DNA of 64,000 nucleotides from an uncultured Bacteroidota bacterium (lineage in GTDB: Bacteria > Bacteroidota > Bacteroidia > Flavobacteriales > Flavobacteriaceae), in contig CACLQX010000001.1 of the NCBI GenBank assembly GCA_902609185.1, forward strand, positions 2,825 through 66,824. The letters are read 5' to 3'. The notes beneath the pieces are model-generated. The model searched no databases, was not told the origin of the DNA, and saw nothing but the letters and a program-made list of their open reading frames with translations. Below, one piece after another: positions 48,186 to 57,160 of the stretch (the first letter of the stretch is position 1; the number at the start of each line of letters is the position of its first letter). The position numbers and the translations under genes are program-made.

Positions 48186-48692
48186 ATGTTTTATTTTTTC
48201 AAATCAAAAGAAAGTAAGTTTAAAATACAGCAAGGAAAGCTAATTAAGTTAAGGCAGAAATATAAGGTAGCTGATTATATAAGGGAATTAAATATTCCAG
48301 ACTGTATTAATTATAATCACGATTTTCTTGAACAATATGATGATGTTTGGCGCGATTTGATGTCTTATGGAAAAGTTATGAGTAAAATTATTGATGGTAA
48401 ATTAACTGAAGATGACGAGGCAATTAATATTATATTAAGAGGTTATTATTTCTTTCTAAAAGCAATTAAAAGTGGTTATGTTGACAATACAAATCATTGG
48501 GAGACTCCCCCAGGGATAACTCCTAAAATAGCTCCAAAGGATAATCCTTTTGCATATGCATTTTCTCCAAATATTATGCACAAAGAAGTTCCGATTATAA
48601 ATTTAAGAAGAGCTTTAGAAAATGTTATTAATGAACAATTAAAGTGGGATAGGTTAAAAAATATTCAATACTCAAAAAATTTATTTAAATAG
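48186..48692 (+). CDS. Hypothetical cytoplasmic protein (orphan-like)
   Basis: 168-aa ORF with no signal peptide, TM segment or motif I recognise. It is bracketed by tRNA-Val and a hairpin. Confidence 0.55.
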   Translation: MFYFFKSKESKFKIQQGKLIKLRQKYKVADYIRELNIPDCINYNHDFLEQYDDVWRDLMSYGKVMSKIIDGKLTEDDEAINIILRGYYFFLKAIKSGYVDNTNHWETPPGITPKIAPKDNPFAYAFSPNIMHKEVPIINLRRALENVINEQLKWDRLKNIQYSKNLFK

Positions 48693-48733
48693 GGTATTCT
48701 CATTGTTCATTTAACAAATTTTTAATTAACCTT

Positions 48734-48791
48734 AATCCTTTGGTGAAGCAAAAAGCTTATTTATAAGTAAACAGTAATCAAAGGATTTTTT
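48734..48791. terminator. Long stem-loop between convergent genes
   Basis: AATCCTTTG ... CAAAGGATT is a 9-bp stem with a 36-nt loop containing an inner AAGC/GCTT stem. It is followed by TTTT. Confidence 0.3.
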
Positions 48792-48802
48792 ATTATAGAA
48801 TT

Positions 48803-49990
48803 TTAGTTAGAGTAAAGAAATTGTGTTTCAATGGGAACACCATAGAGGGATTCCAATTCTTTTATATTATCCTTGTAAACTTTCGTTTCTGGTGGAACAC
48901 TGAAATTTTGCCAAAAAAACTTGTTGTAAGGTAATCTGTATAACGACATATCTTTTTGTTCCATGTCTAAAAAACTGTCAAATTTTGATTTTTCCTCAAT
49001 AAGTTTCGTGACAAATAGCTCGTGTCTGAAAGATACAGGATAAAATTCTTTTACTTTTTGACCAGAATTAATCATTGTTCTCTTAACATTTTCTGGAAGC
49101 CTTCTAGCCCCAACCCACTCTCTTGTCATATAACTCAAATATAATTTACCAGAAATATTTTTTTTATAAATCCACATACTTTTAGCATATCTACCTATAT
49201 TAGGATCTCTTTCATATTCAAGTCTATAAATTTTGTATGATTCATATCCAATGTACAAAGTTATTTTAGCTTCTTCCTTGTCAACACCTTCAAAGATTAA
49301 AACATCCTCTCCATCATATGATGAATTACCAATTTTTTTCCAATTATAACTTTTAGTTCTTATCCCTTTTCTCAACGGATTACTCCATTCCGTATATCTC
49401 AATGGATGAAACTGAGATTGATTTTTTACAAATCTATAATCTGATGATTTTCTAATATTTTTAACACTTGCTCTTACAATATTTGAATTAGGTCCTTGAT
49501 CAATTGCTTTAATAAAATGCTCTAAAAAAAAACGACATTTATTATCTTCCACATCCCACCTTCTATATAAAATATTCAATTGATGAGACTTACTGATTGT
49601 ATTTACTTTCAAAAGTTTAATAGCTTGATTCACATAATTTATCGGGGCTTTAACAACTACTTCGTCTAGAGCAGTAAGTTTCTCTTTTAAAATTATTTTT
49701 TTGTCCTCTCGATTAATAAATTCACGAACATTAATTTTTAGCGTTTCGAATCCTATGGATGAAATCTCAAGTTCATCATCCAGCTCATTAACAGTTACCA
49801 AGAATGAAAATGTGCCTTCCATAGTGGATGTAGTCCCAATATTTTTTTTTAGAATACCAACTGCAGCAAAAGGAACTTCATAATCAAACTCATCAACAAC
49901 CGATCCCTCAACAATAATATTTTGAGTATACAGGATGTTACTTAAAAAAATTAATGTAATTAAAATATATGAGTTAATTTTAAAAATCAT
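48803..49990 (-). CDS. CarboxypepD_reg-like domain protein of unknown function
   Basis: 395 aa. A signal/TM segment is followed by IIVEGSVVDEFDYEVPFAAVGILKKNIGTTSTMEGTFSF, the carboxypeptidase-regulatory-like beta-sandwich seen at the N-termini of many Bacteroidetes OM proteins. The remaining roughly 280 aa are unassigned. Confidence 0.7.
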   Translation of the reverse strand: MIFKINSYILITLIFLSNILYTQNIIVEGSVVDEFDYEVPFAAVGILKKNIGTTSTMEGTFSFLVTVNELDDELEISSIGFETLKINVREFINREDKKIILKEKLTALDEVVVKAPINYVNQAIKLLKVNTISKSHQLNILYRRWDVEDNKCRFFLEHFIKAIDQGPNSNIVRASVKNIRKSSDYRFVKNQSQFHPLRYTEWSNPLRKGIRTKSYNWKKIGNSSYDGEDVLIFEGVDKEEAKITLYIGYESYKIYRLEYERDPNIGRYAKSMWIYKKNISGKLYLSYMTREWVGARRLPENVKRTMINSGQKVKEFYPVSFRHELFVTKLIEEKSKFDSFLDMEQKDMSLYRLPYNKFFWQNFSVPPETKVYKDNIKELESLYGVPIETQFLYSN

Positions 49991-50009
49991 TCACTTAAAT
50001 ATAAGAATA

Positions 50010-50486
50010 ATGTTTTTCGAAAATAAAATTAATTTTCCTCAGAAATTTAAATTTATTACTATTTACATAATGTCTATCCTTTATATTAATATTGGTATTA
50101 ACCATTTTGTAAATCCAGATTTTTTTTTGGTAATTGTTCCAGACTATTTGCCGTATCATTTAGCATTAGTATATATTTCTGGATTGTTTGAAATCATTTT
50201 TGGTCTATTACTAATCTTCAAAAAAACAAGAAAAATTGCGGGAATTGGATTGATTTTTCTTTTGATTTTAGTTTTCCCGGCTAACATATTTCTTTTTCAA
50301 TCAATAGAGGCCCAATCTGCTTACGAAATAACTCAAAATAAAGCACTTGTTAGAATGTTTTTTCAAGCCCCTCTTATATTGATTGCATTTTGGCACTCAA
50401 TCTTAAAAGAACATAAATATTTTGATATTTTTTGTGGAATTTTTTTTATACCTACAATTTTATATTTTGTTAGTCTTTCAACATAA
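50010..50486 (+). CDS. DoxX-like small integral membrane protein
   Basis: I prefer ATG 50010 (MFFENK...) to the ORF-track start at 49935, which would overlap the divergent gene by 56 nt. It has four predicted TM helices and the motif INHF.NP.FF..IVP.YLP....LVYISG.FEI..GLLLI..KTR..AG.GLI.LLI.VFPANI. Confidence 0.6.
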   Translation: MFFENKINFPQKFKFITIYIMSILYINIGINHFVNPDFFLVIVPDYLPYHLALVYISGLFEIIFGLLLIFKKTRKIAGIGLIFLLILVFPANIFLFQSIEAQSAYEITQNKALVRMFFQAPLILIAFWHSILKEHKYFDIFCGIFFIPTILYFVSLST

Positions 50487-50504
50487 AATCCTTATATTAA
50501 AATT

Positions 50505-51455
50505 ATGATTTTAAAGTTGGGTAAATATTTTGTTTTTGTGTTGTCATTCTATTATGCATCAGCTCAAATTGATGATGTTTTCATTGATTCATTAATTAAA
50601 AATGATGATGTTAGATTTTTTCAAAATTTGGAATATGGAGATAGTAAAAGAAATAAACTGGATCTTCTTATACCAAAATCAAATATAAAAACACCACTTG
50701 TTGTTTTTTTGCATGGTGGGGGCTATAAGGGTGGAAACAAAGAAAGCTCCTATAAAAAAAATAATATAGTTAGAGTTAGACGTATTTTGAGAAATAAAAT
50801 TGCATTTGCTACAATTAATTATAGCTTTTTAAATAATAATGATGGCTTATTATCATCATTAAATGATGCAAAGTTGGCTTTACAGTTTTTAAAGTACAAT
50901 CATTTAAATTATAATATAGATAGAGATAAAGTCATTATTTGGGGAGTTTCATCAGGCGCAAATTCTGTTCTCTGGTTGGGTCTGTCCGATGATATGGCTG
51001 AAGATGAAAATGAAAATAGAGTTTTAAGAGAATCAACCAATGTTAAAGGAATAATTGCTATAAATGGTGCCCATTCATTTAACAGCGAAAACTGGAAAAA
51101 AATGATAAATATGCCTGATAATATGTTTGACATTATGATTAAAAGATTTTTAAAATACCCTGGAATGGATGTAGAAAAGTGGTTGACTAATTATAAATTA
51201 GAGAAATATCAGGATTCAATTGATTATTTTAATTTTATGGATTCATCTGACCCTGCGTTATTTATTGGTAATTATGGTGAAATAGCACCCAAAACAATTT
51301 CAAGTTTTAATCATCACCCGATGCATGCGAAGTATTTGAAGCAAAGGGCTGACTCCTTATCGATAACAAACTATGTCTTCGCTCCCCAGTTAGGAATTAA
51401 AAGTAAAGAGGTTAATGATATCGTTAATTTTATACTTAAACAAGTTTCTGATTAA
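50505..51455 (+). CDS. Alpha/beta hydrolase (esterase/lipase-like), secreted
   Basis: 316 aa with a signal peptide, the oxyanion motif LHGGGY and the nucleophile elbow GVSSG. Confidence 0.82.
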   Translation: MILKLGKYFVFVLSFYYASAQIDDVFIDSLIKNDDVRFFQNLEYGDSKRNKLDLLIPKSNIKTPLVVFLHGGGYKGGNKESSYKKNNIVRVRRILRNKIAFATINYSFLNNNDGLLSSLNDAKLALQFLKYNHLNYNIDRDKVIIWGVSSGANSVLWLGLSDDMAEDENENRVLRESTNVKGIIAINGAHSFNSENWKKMINMPDNMFDIMIKRFLKYPGMDVEKWLTNYKLEKYQDSIDYFNFMDSSDPALFIGNYGEIAPKTISSFNHHPMHAKYLKQRADSLSITNYVFAPQLGIKSKEVNDIVNFILKQVSD

Positions 51456-51489
51456 TAGGTAATTAAAAAAAAATTCGGATATTTGATTC

Positions 51490-52944
51490 ATGGTTGTGAG
51501 TTGTAATAACGGGACTTTATCTGCTTTTGTTCCGACTGATGAAAATCCTTGGGATATTTCAAAAATTTTGCTTGTCAATAGACGACTAGGATTTGGAATA
51601 AAACACTCAGATATACAATCTAAATTATCTTTAAGCCCTGAAGAACTGATAGATCAGTTAATTGATAATGCTAAAAATTTACCATTAACACCTGATCCAG
51701 GTTGGGCAAATTGGACCAATACAGATTTCAGAAATGCAGGTGGAAACAGAGGACCTTTTTTCAGAAATCATCAAAGAATTATGTTTGATGATTTTTTAAA
51801 AAATGGTATGCGTGATCGACTTACATTATTTTGGAGTAATCATTTTGTTACGGAATACTATATGTATAATAATCCTGCATATACTTTCAGATATTATAAC
51901 AATTTACAAGCTAATGTTTTTGGTAATTTTAAAAATTTCGTTTCGATAATTGGACTTGATGATGCAATGCTCATGTATTTGAATGGCTATGAAAATAGAA
52001 ATAATGCTCCTAATGAAAATTATGCAAGAGAGCTTTATGAATTGTTTACATTAGGTGAAGGTAATGGTTATACCCAAGATGATATCACGGAGACTGCTAG
52101 AGCTTTAACGGGTTACAATAACAGACAGGACGGTGGGCCAATATATTTTAATCCAAATAGGTTTGATGATGGAGAAAAAACTATTTTTGGAAGAACTGGT
52201 AACTGGAATTATGACGACGTAATCAATATTTTGTTTGAAGAAAAAAGTGATTTAATTTCAGAATTTATTGTTAGAAAAATATACAAACATTTCGTTAGTC
52301 CTGATGTTAATAATGATATAATCAATGAGCTATCAAATTATTTCAAAGACAATAATTTTGAGTTAGAGCCACTTTACAGAAAATTATTTAAAAGTGAGCA
52401 CTTTTTTAATTCTTTTGCAAGTAATGTATTAATAAAAAGCCCCATTGATTTAATGGTCCAAATTGAAAAAGAGTTTAATTTTGAAAAGCCTGATAACTTC
52501 AATGAAAATTTATTTAATTATTTAAGAGCCAGATGTAGTGATATGGGTCAAGAAATTCTTAATCCTGTTGATGTTGCAGGTTGGCAGGAAAACCATGATT
52601 GGATTTCCACAGGGACACTACCAATGAGGTGGGAATTTTCGGATTATTTGCTATCAAGATACTGGATTAAAAATAAAGAACAGTTCAGAAATTATGCAAT
52701 AAGTATTGTTGGAATTGATGAAACTAATCCGTTAGAAATAGTTAAAAAAATTAATAAATATATGTTTTGCAGCTATGAAATGATGGATGACGAGTTAAAT
52801 GATGCTTTAGCTGCTTTTAAAGGTGATGTTCCAGATGATTATTTTAATGGTGGAGGATGGACCTTAAATGAAACTTATGCACCCAATCAAGTTTATGCAT
52901 TGATATTATTTTTTGTCAAACTTCCTGAATATCAACTAAAATGA
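51490..52944 (+). CDS. DUF1800 family protein
   Basis: 484 aa with LTLFWSNHFV and ARELYELFTLGEGNGYTQDDI, typical DUF1800 blocks. There is no signal peptide, and a stop codon lies 2 codons upstream of the ATG. The stop overlaps the next gene's start (ATGA). Confidence 0.82.
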   Translation: MVVSCNNGTLSAFVPTDENPWDISKILLVNRRLGFGIKHSDIQSKLSLSPEELIDQLIDNAKNLPLTPDPGWANWTNTDFRNAGGNRGPFFRNHQRIMFDDFLKNGMRDRLTLFWSNHFVTEYYMYNNPAYTFRYYNNLQANVFGNFKNFVSIIGLDDAMLMYLNGYENRNNAPNENYARELYELFTLGEGNGYTQDDITETARALTGYNNRQDGGPIYFNPNRFDDGEKTIFGRTGNWNYDDVINILFEEKSDLISEFIVRKIYKHFVSPDVNNDIINELSNYFKDNNFELEPLYRKLFKSEHFFNSFASNVLIKSPIDLMVQIEKEFNFEKPDNFNENLFNYLRARCSDMGQEILNPVDVAGWQENHDWISTGTLPMRWEFSDYLLSRYWIKNKEQFRNYAISIVGIDETNPLEIVKKINKYMFCSYEMMDDELNDALAAFKGDVPDDYFNGGGWTLNETYAPNQVYALILFFVKLPEYQLK

Positions 52945-54551
52945 GTAAAAAGAACTATTTAGACTCAAAAAAGCACAAGGAAGAGCATTCCAGATGGGAC
53001 AGGAGAGGGTTTCTTAAAGTCTTAGGAATTGCCGGTGCAGGTTCTATTTCGCTAGGAAATACTAATATTTCTGTTCTCAACTCCAATTTTTTGACTAACG
53101 CTTTGTCTGACTCTTTATCTGACAGAGTTTTAGTTTTAATTAGACTTAAGGGAGGTAATGATGGGTTAAACACGATTATACCAGTTTATGATTATGATAC
53201 TTATGTTTCTAAAAGACCATCAATTCATATTCCTAAAAATAATTTAATTAGATTAAGTGATGATTTTTCAATGCCTGATCATATGGGTAATTTATCTAGT
53301 TTTTGGGAAAATGGCAAAATGAGAGTGGTTAATGGTGTAGGTTATGAGGGGCAAAATTTATCACATTTTACTTCGTCTGATTATTGGGCAACTGGATCAA
53401 CCAACAAAAGCGATATGGTATCTTCTGGCTGGCTTGGTAGATATTATGATGAAAAATACTTTGATTACACAACAAATCCACCTGAAAAACCAGTTGCCGT
53501 TCAAATTGGAAGTAATGCGAACCTGATTTTTAATGGAGCTTCTAGAAATTATGCTTTTGCTGTTGCTAATGAGTCTAGGTTAGAAAGAGTTGCTGAAAGA
53601 GGTGAATTTTATTCAACTCAAAATCTTCCTGATTGTACACATGGCGACCAATTGGAATTTTTAAGAAGAGTTAGTAATACAACTTACGATTATGCAAAGG
53701 TTATTAATGATGCATTCAAATCTTCAACAGATTATAATGGGTACGAAACTGAAGAAGGCTTAGATAAACAACTTAGGCTTGTTGCCAAACTGATTAAAGG
53801 TGGTCTAGGTTCAAAAATTTATATGGTTTCAATTGGTGGTTTTGACACTCATGGAAATCAAGCCTTAACTCATCAGTACCTTTTATCTAGTTTATCATCT
53901 GCTGTGAAATCATTTTATGATGATTTGGCAGAAGATGGTTATGATTCAAAAGTATTATCAATGACTTTTTCAGAATTTGGAAGAAGAGTTGGTGAAAATG
54001 GTTCCGAAGGCACAGATCATGGATCAGCTGCCCCTGTTATGCTCTTTGGTTCTCCATTAAGAGGAAGTGGTTTTATTGGTAGCCACCCAAGCTTATCAAA
54101 TCTAAATAGAAGAGGAAATATGTATAATACAATTGATTTTAGATCAATATACCAAACTGTATTAACTGATTGGTTGTGTGGTGATTCAAATTTCATTAAT
54201 TCAGCTATGCTTGGAAATGAGTATGATTTATTAGGCCTTGGATTTGGATGTCAGGATACAGATGCTGTTGATTATGATAACTTATTGAATTATCATGCCC
54301 CAATATATGCAAATTATGATCAAAGAGTTAGCCTAAATTTAAGAATTCAACAAACTCATAAAGTAAATATTAAAACTTTTGATATTTTAGGGAGGCATGT
54401 CAATACCATTTTTAGTGGAGATTTAATCAGGGGTGAACATAAATTTTCTATAAGCCACGATAAAAACGGAAAGTTATCAGCAGGACAATATTTTTACAGA
54501 ATAAATTTGGTAGGTGGACCTACATTAAGCAAAGCGTTTGTAGTTAGATAG
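52941..54551 (+). CDS. DUF1501 family protein with Tat signal and T9SS type-A C-terminal sorting domain
   Basis: 536 aa. Twin-arginine motif DRRGFLKVLGIAGAG (RR at 53001-53006). DUF1501 blocks LKGGNDGLNT, GGFDTHGNQ and SEFGRR..ENGSEGTDHG. The last roughly 80 aa (VSLNLRI..KVNIKTFDILGRHV..GEHKFSI....LSAGQYFYRINL....SKAFVV) fit the Por secretion C-terminal domain. Confidence 0.88.
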   Translation: MSKKNYLDSKKHKEEHSRWDRRGFLKVLGIAGAGSISLGNTNISVLNSNFLTNALSDSLSDRVLVLIRLKGGNDGLNTIIPVYDYDTYVSKRPSIHIPKNNLIRLSDDFSMPDHMGNLSSFWENGKMRVVNGVGYEGQNLSHFTSSDYWATGSTNKSDMVSSGWLGRYYDEKYFDYTTNPPEKPVAVQIGSNANLIFNGASRNYAFAVANESRLERVAERGEFYSTQNLPDCTHGDQLEFLRRVSNTTYDYAKVINDAFKSSTDYNGYETEEGLDKQLRLVAKLIKGGLGSKIYMVSIGGFDTHGNQALTHQYLLSSLSSAVKSFYDDLAEDGYDSKVLSMTFSEFGRRVGENGSEGTDHGSAAPVMLFGSPLRGSGFIGSHPSLSNLNRRGNMYNTIDFRSIYQTVLTDWLCGDSNFINSAMLGNEYDLLGLGFGCQDTDAVDYDNLLNYHAPIYANYDQRVSLNLRIQQTHKVNIKTFDILGRHVNTIFSGDLIRGEHKFSISHDKNGKLSAGQYFYRINLVGGPTLSKAFVVR

Positions 54552-55323
54552 AACTAAAAATCTTTTCCATTTTTTTCTCTTCATCATCAGCCAAATCTTT
54601 GTCAACTAGAATTCTACCGCTATACTCATCAGTTATAAATTTATTTCTTGATGATATATCTAGTTGGACTTGAGGAGGAATAACAAAGAATGAACCAGCA
54701 GAAGCTCCCCTTTCGACAGGGACAATTGCAAGACCATTTTTCACACTTGAGCGAATTTTTTTATAGGAGACGAGAAGTGCATCATCAATTTTTTTTTCAA
54801 ATTCTTTAGACTTCTTAATTAATGCACTTTCTTCTTTTTCAGTTTCTTTCATTATGCTGTTTAATTCCTCTTTTTTGTGATCTAAATGAGTTTTTCTCTC
54901 ATCTTTAAGGTTGGATGTTTCATTCAATTTTTCTTTTTTCTCTTCTATTTCAGACTTTGACGCATTGATCTGTTTTTCACAATATTGAATTTCTAATTCT
55001 TGATATTCAATTTCTTTACTAAGAGACTCAAAAGCCCTATTATTTCTAACATTTTTTTGTTGATCATTGTATTTACTTATCATTCCTCTCGATTCTTCGA
55101 TCTTATTTAATTTTTCTTTAATAATATTTTCAATCTCAGTCAATTCTTCATTTATTTTATTAATTCTAAAGTCCAAACCTTCGACCTCATCTTCTAAATC
55201 TTCTACCTCAAGTGGCAGTTCTCCTCTTACACTTTTGATTTTATCTATTCGTGAATCAATTAGTTGCAAATCATACATTGCTCTCAATTTCTCTTCGACT
55301 GAATACTCAACTTTTTTAGCCAT
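54544..55323 (-). CDS. Coiled-coil DUF164-type protein (Nif3 partner) with a cysteine-less 'zinc-ribbon' tail
   Basis: 259 aa with a long heptad-rich coiled coil. The C-terminal segment VERGASAGSFFVIPPQ....FITDEYSGRILV aligns by eye to the C.GC....P...../..C..CGRIL ribbon of this family. It sits immediately downstream of Nif3, as is usual. Confidence 0.78.
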   Translation of the reverse strand: MAKKVEYSVEEKLRAMYDLQLIDSRIDKIKSVRGELPLEVEDLEDEVEGLDFRINKINEELTEIENIIKEKLNKIEESRGMISKYNDQQKNVRNNRAFESLSKEIEYQELEIQYCEKQINASKSEIEEKKEKLNETSNLKDERKTHLDHKKEELNSIMKETEKEESALIKKSKEFEKKIDDALLVSYKKIRSSVKNGLAIVPVERGASAGSFFVIPPQVQLDISSRNKFITDEYSGRILVDKDLADDEEKKMEKIFSSI

Positions 55324-55324
55324 A

Positions 55325-56122
55325 TTAAAAATAATTTACAGGATTTGTCTTACTTTCTGCAATAATGCACGCAAACTTAGGAATTTTTTTGTTAAGATAA
55401 TTTAAAATAGTCTCTTTTATGTGTCTTTCACTTTCATAGTGTCCAATGTCGATTATTAATATTTTTTTATTAGGCTTAAAAAAATCGTGGTATTTAAAGT
55501 CAGCGGAAATAAAACAATCAGCTTTTTTAAAAATTGCATTGTCAATTGCAAAACTCCCAGAGCCTGCAAGTATAGCTACTTTTTTAATTTTTTTATCTAA
55601 TAATTTGGAGTGTCTCAAATATTTCAAATTTAATTTATCTTTTAAAAATTCGAGAAAATTGTAGTCATTTATGGAATGACTCATTGAACCAATACTCCCC
55701 ATTCCTTTTAAATTATTATTTTCATTATTTACCAGTATTTCTTGATTTTTTAAGCTTAGAATTTTACCAAGTTGATAACTAGTTCCTAATGGATTGTTAT
55801 CCAAGTTAGTATGTATGCAATAAACATTAATATTATTTTTTAAACACCTGATTATATACTTATTTATCCTTTCATCCATTTCGTTGGTTTTTGGATCTGC
55901 TATGAATAAAGGATGAAAACTAATAATTAAGTTTGCTCCATTTGAAATACATTCATCAATGACGTCATCAGTTATATCGAGAGTTATTACAGCTTTGGTA
56001 ATTTCTGATTGTAATTCACCAACCAAAAGCCCAATATTATCAAACTCCTCGGCATCAGAAGGAGGGCACCAATCATCTAATATTTTTATAATTTTTGAAA
56101 GTAACATCAAATTTTTTATCAA
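55325..56122 (-). CDS. Nif3-like dinuclear metal centre protein (GTP cyclohydrolase I type 2 homologue)
   Basis: 265 aa with ..AEEFDNIGLLVG.., ISFHPLF, and C-terminal DIGHYESE. Confidence 0.85.
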   Translation of the reverse strand: MIKNLMLLSKIIKILDDWCPPSDAEEFDNIGLLVGELQSEITKAVITLDITDDVIDECISNGANLIISFHPLFIADPKTNEMDERINKYIIRCLKNNINVYCIHTNLDNNPLGTSYQLGKILSLKNQEILVNNENNNLKGMGSIGSMSHSINDYNFLEFLKDKLNLKYLRHSKLLDKKIKKVAILAGSGSFAIDNAIFKKADCFISADFKYHDFFKPNKKILIIDIGHYESERHIKETILNYLNKKIPKFACIIAESKTNPVNYF

Positions 56123-56149
56123 ATATAAAATTTATATTTTCGCCTTTAG

Positions 56150-57160
56150 ATGTTACTTAGAAAAATACTCTTCCCAGTTGCAATATTAAATTTTCTATTT
56201 CAACTAACTAGAAGTTTTTTATATTCTGCTAATTTCCTAAAGGTTCATGAAACTAAAATAAATACAATTTGTATTGGAAATTTATCAATGGGTGGAACAG
56301 GTAAAACACCATTAGTAAAATTTTTAATTGAGAGATTTCCAAAAAAAATAAATATCTCAGTATTGAGCAGAGGGTACAAAAGAAAGACAAATGGTCTAGT
56401 GGAGGTTTTGGTAGGCTCTGATGTCAATGATGTTGGAGATGAAAATTTTATGATAAAACAAGCATATAAAAATGTAAATGTTTTTGCTTGTGAAGATCGG
56501 TTATTCGCAATTGATAAAATTTCAAAAAATTTTAGTGCTGATGATATTTTGATACTTGATGATGCGATGCAGCACAGAAGAATAAAGTGTAAGTTTAATA
56601 TACTTTTAACAAAGTTTGAAGAACCATTTTACAATGATTATATTTTTCCATTCGGTAATTTAAGGGAACCAAGAAATGGTTTTAAAAGAGCAAATCTCAT
56701 TATAATTACTAAATGCCCCAATAATTTAACATCATTACAGAAAGAAAATATTGTTAAAAAAATTAAACCCTTGAATAATCAAAGAATCTTGTTTAGTAAA
56801 ATTATTTATGAAGATATTTTAAAAGGGAAAAAAAATATTCATATTTCAGACTTAAACTCTGATTTCCTATTAATAACAGGAATTGCAGATAGTAAACCAT
56901 TAACAAGACATTTAAAATCGAAACAATTAAAATTCAAACACTTAACCTATGACGATCATCACAATTATAATCAAAATGATATTAAAGAAATTTTAAAGCA
57001 TAGCGGAGATAAAATAATATTAACAACCGAGAAGGACTACTTTAAAATTATGTCGATTCATGATTTTAAAAATCTGTTTTATATCGAAATTAAGATAGAT
57101 TTCCTTGGAAAATCAAATGATTTAGTAAATCTAATCTCCAATAAATTAAATTTTAATTGA
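56150..57160 (+). CDS. lpxK: Tetraacyldisaccharide 4'-kinase
   Basis: 336 aa with the P-loop GNLSMGGTGKTP, SRGY and LDDAMQH. Confidence 0.92.
   Translation: MLLRKILFPVAILNFLFQLTRSFLYSANFLKVHETKINTICIGNLSMGGTGKTPLVKFLIERFPKKINISVLSRGYKRKTNGLVEVLVGSDVNDVGDENFMIKQAYKNVNVFACEDRLFAIDKISKNFSADDILILDDAMQHRRIKCKFNILLTKFEEPFYNDYIFPFGNLREPRNGFKRANLIIITKCPNNLTSLQKENIVKKIKPLNNQRILFSKIIYEDILKGKKNIHISDLNSDFLLITGIADSKPLTRHLKSKQLKFKHLTYDDHHNYNQNDIKEILKHSGDKIILTTEKDYFKIMSIHDFKNLFYIEIKIDFLGKSNDLVNLISNKLNFN

Noticed and set aside
49935-50009. 5' extension of the DoxX-like ORF as given in the ORF track (start at 49935).
   Set aside because: It would overlap the divergent 395-aa gene by 56 nt, and it encodes a non-membrane, Ile/Lys-rich leader. 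The ATG at 50010 gives a sensible N-terminus just before the first TM helix.
48041-54551. Possible genomic island integrated at tRNA-Val.
   Set aside because: The stretch has no integrase, recombinase or transposase ORF. I could not find a direct repeat of the tRNA 3' end downstream. By eye, gene content and AT-richness look like the rest of the window. I kept only the weaker observation about the orphan ORF.
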